This document shows positions 63,204 through 64,000 of a stretch of DNA of 64,000 bases, one piece after another. The notes under the pieces are model-generated. The model made no database searches. It was given only the letters and a program-made list of their open reading frames with translations, and had not been told where the DNA came from. Origin of the DNA: Mustelus asterias (lineage: Eukaryota); the NCBI RefSeq assembly GCF_964213995.1, contig NC_135811.1:32984001-33048000 (forward strand), in the 5' to 3' direction. Position 1 is the first letter of the stretch, and each line of letters opens with the position of its first letter. The position numbers were made by a program, and so were the translations under genes.

Positions 63204-63505
63204 TAAAGTTTATCTATTCGTCACAAGTAGGCTTACATTCACACTGTAATGAAGTTAGTGTGAAAATCCCCTCGTCGCCACACTCTGGTACCTGTTCGGG
63301 TACACGGAGGGAGAATTTAGCATGGCCAATGCACCTGACCAGCACGTCTTTGGACTGTGGGAGGAGACCGGAGCACCTGGAGGAAACCCACACAGACACA
63401 AGGAGATAGTGCAAGCTCCCCACAGACAGTGGCCCAAGCCAGGAATTGAACCTGGGTCCCTGGCACCGAGAAGCAGCAGTGCTAACCACTGTGCCACCGT
63501 GCCAC
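63204..63505 (-). mobile_element. HE1-like V-SINE with alternative tail
   Basis: A/B boxes, V-core, same tail as 24301. Confidence 0.86.
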
Positions 63506-64000
63506 CCACACAAACAAAGAACCTCGGGAAAAGAATTATTAAATGGGAACATACAGATAGAGAGAGATTACATGCTGCTAATGAATAGTTGATCCACTGG
63601 AAGGAACACATTCATAAAGTGTTCGAGAGGCCAACCCTGCATTGGTGGTTGGGTAAAGGTCCCATTTTTACAGAATGTCATTCTGTTTCTGCTCGCATGG
63701 GAGCATTGGAGATCACATCACACCATAAACTCAAGCGTACTGTTCCCAAGTTTATGGAATTTGGACATTCGGACTAGAGATTCCAGGTAATGGTGACTAT
63801 ACAGTCGAACCAACAATTCCTGATGGACATAGATTTCCTTTACCAATAATAAATACAGGTGGACATCAGGAGATATTCCCATTGAGCCACATACATACCT
63901 TTTTCCCTCTGTACCTTACTAGGTATGGTTCACCAGGTTTCTGAAATAAGCAGTTCAGATCACTCTCACAGGAGGAGAGTCAGTTACCTACAGGGAGTAA

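Noticed and set aside
59172-64000. FAM53B first exon / promoter
   Set aside because: No CpG island or convincing exon; an isolated donor-like site near 63043 is insufficient.

Overview
Eukaryotic (vertebrate) genomic DNA, almost certainly from a cartilaginous fish: the repeat set matches shark HE1-type V-SINEs, HER1/CR1 LINEs and a Deu-core SINE. The window lies inside one minus-strand gene, FAM53B (simplet). Three coding exons splice in frame (59039-58962, 48256-48202, 20200-19413; 307 codons). The first non-coding exon and the last coding exon were not found. The introns are dominated by retroelements: one apparently intact full-length CR1 LINE (34091-38397), several truncated CR1 copies of at least three subfamilies, about 15 tRNA-derived SINEs with two alternative tails, L2 and Rex1 fragments, and MITE-like elements. 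Most notable: (1) six short hairpin-shaped Penelope-like insertions, three carrying a minimal hammerhead ribozyme motif and five with clear target-site duplications; (2) an AUG-less CR1 ORF2 joined to ORF1 by a TTTAAAC -1 slippery site followed by G-tracts; (3) a uORF-dense FAM53B leader; (4) a 15-bp minisatellite presenting 20 splice-donor-like sites on the gene's sense strand; (5) a 280-bp intronic segment apparently captured into a SINE tail. All calls were made by eye; no searches were run and repeat boundaries are approximate.
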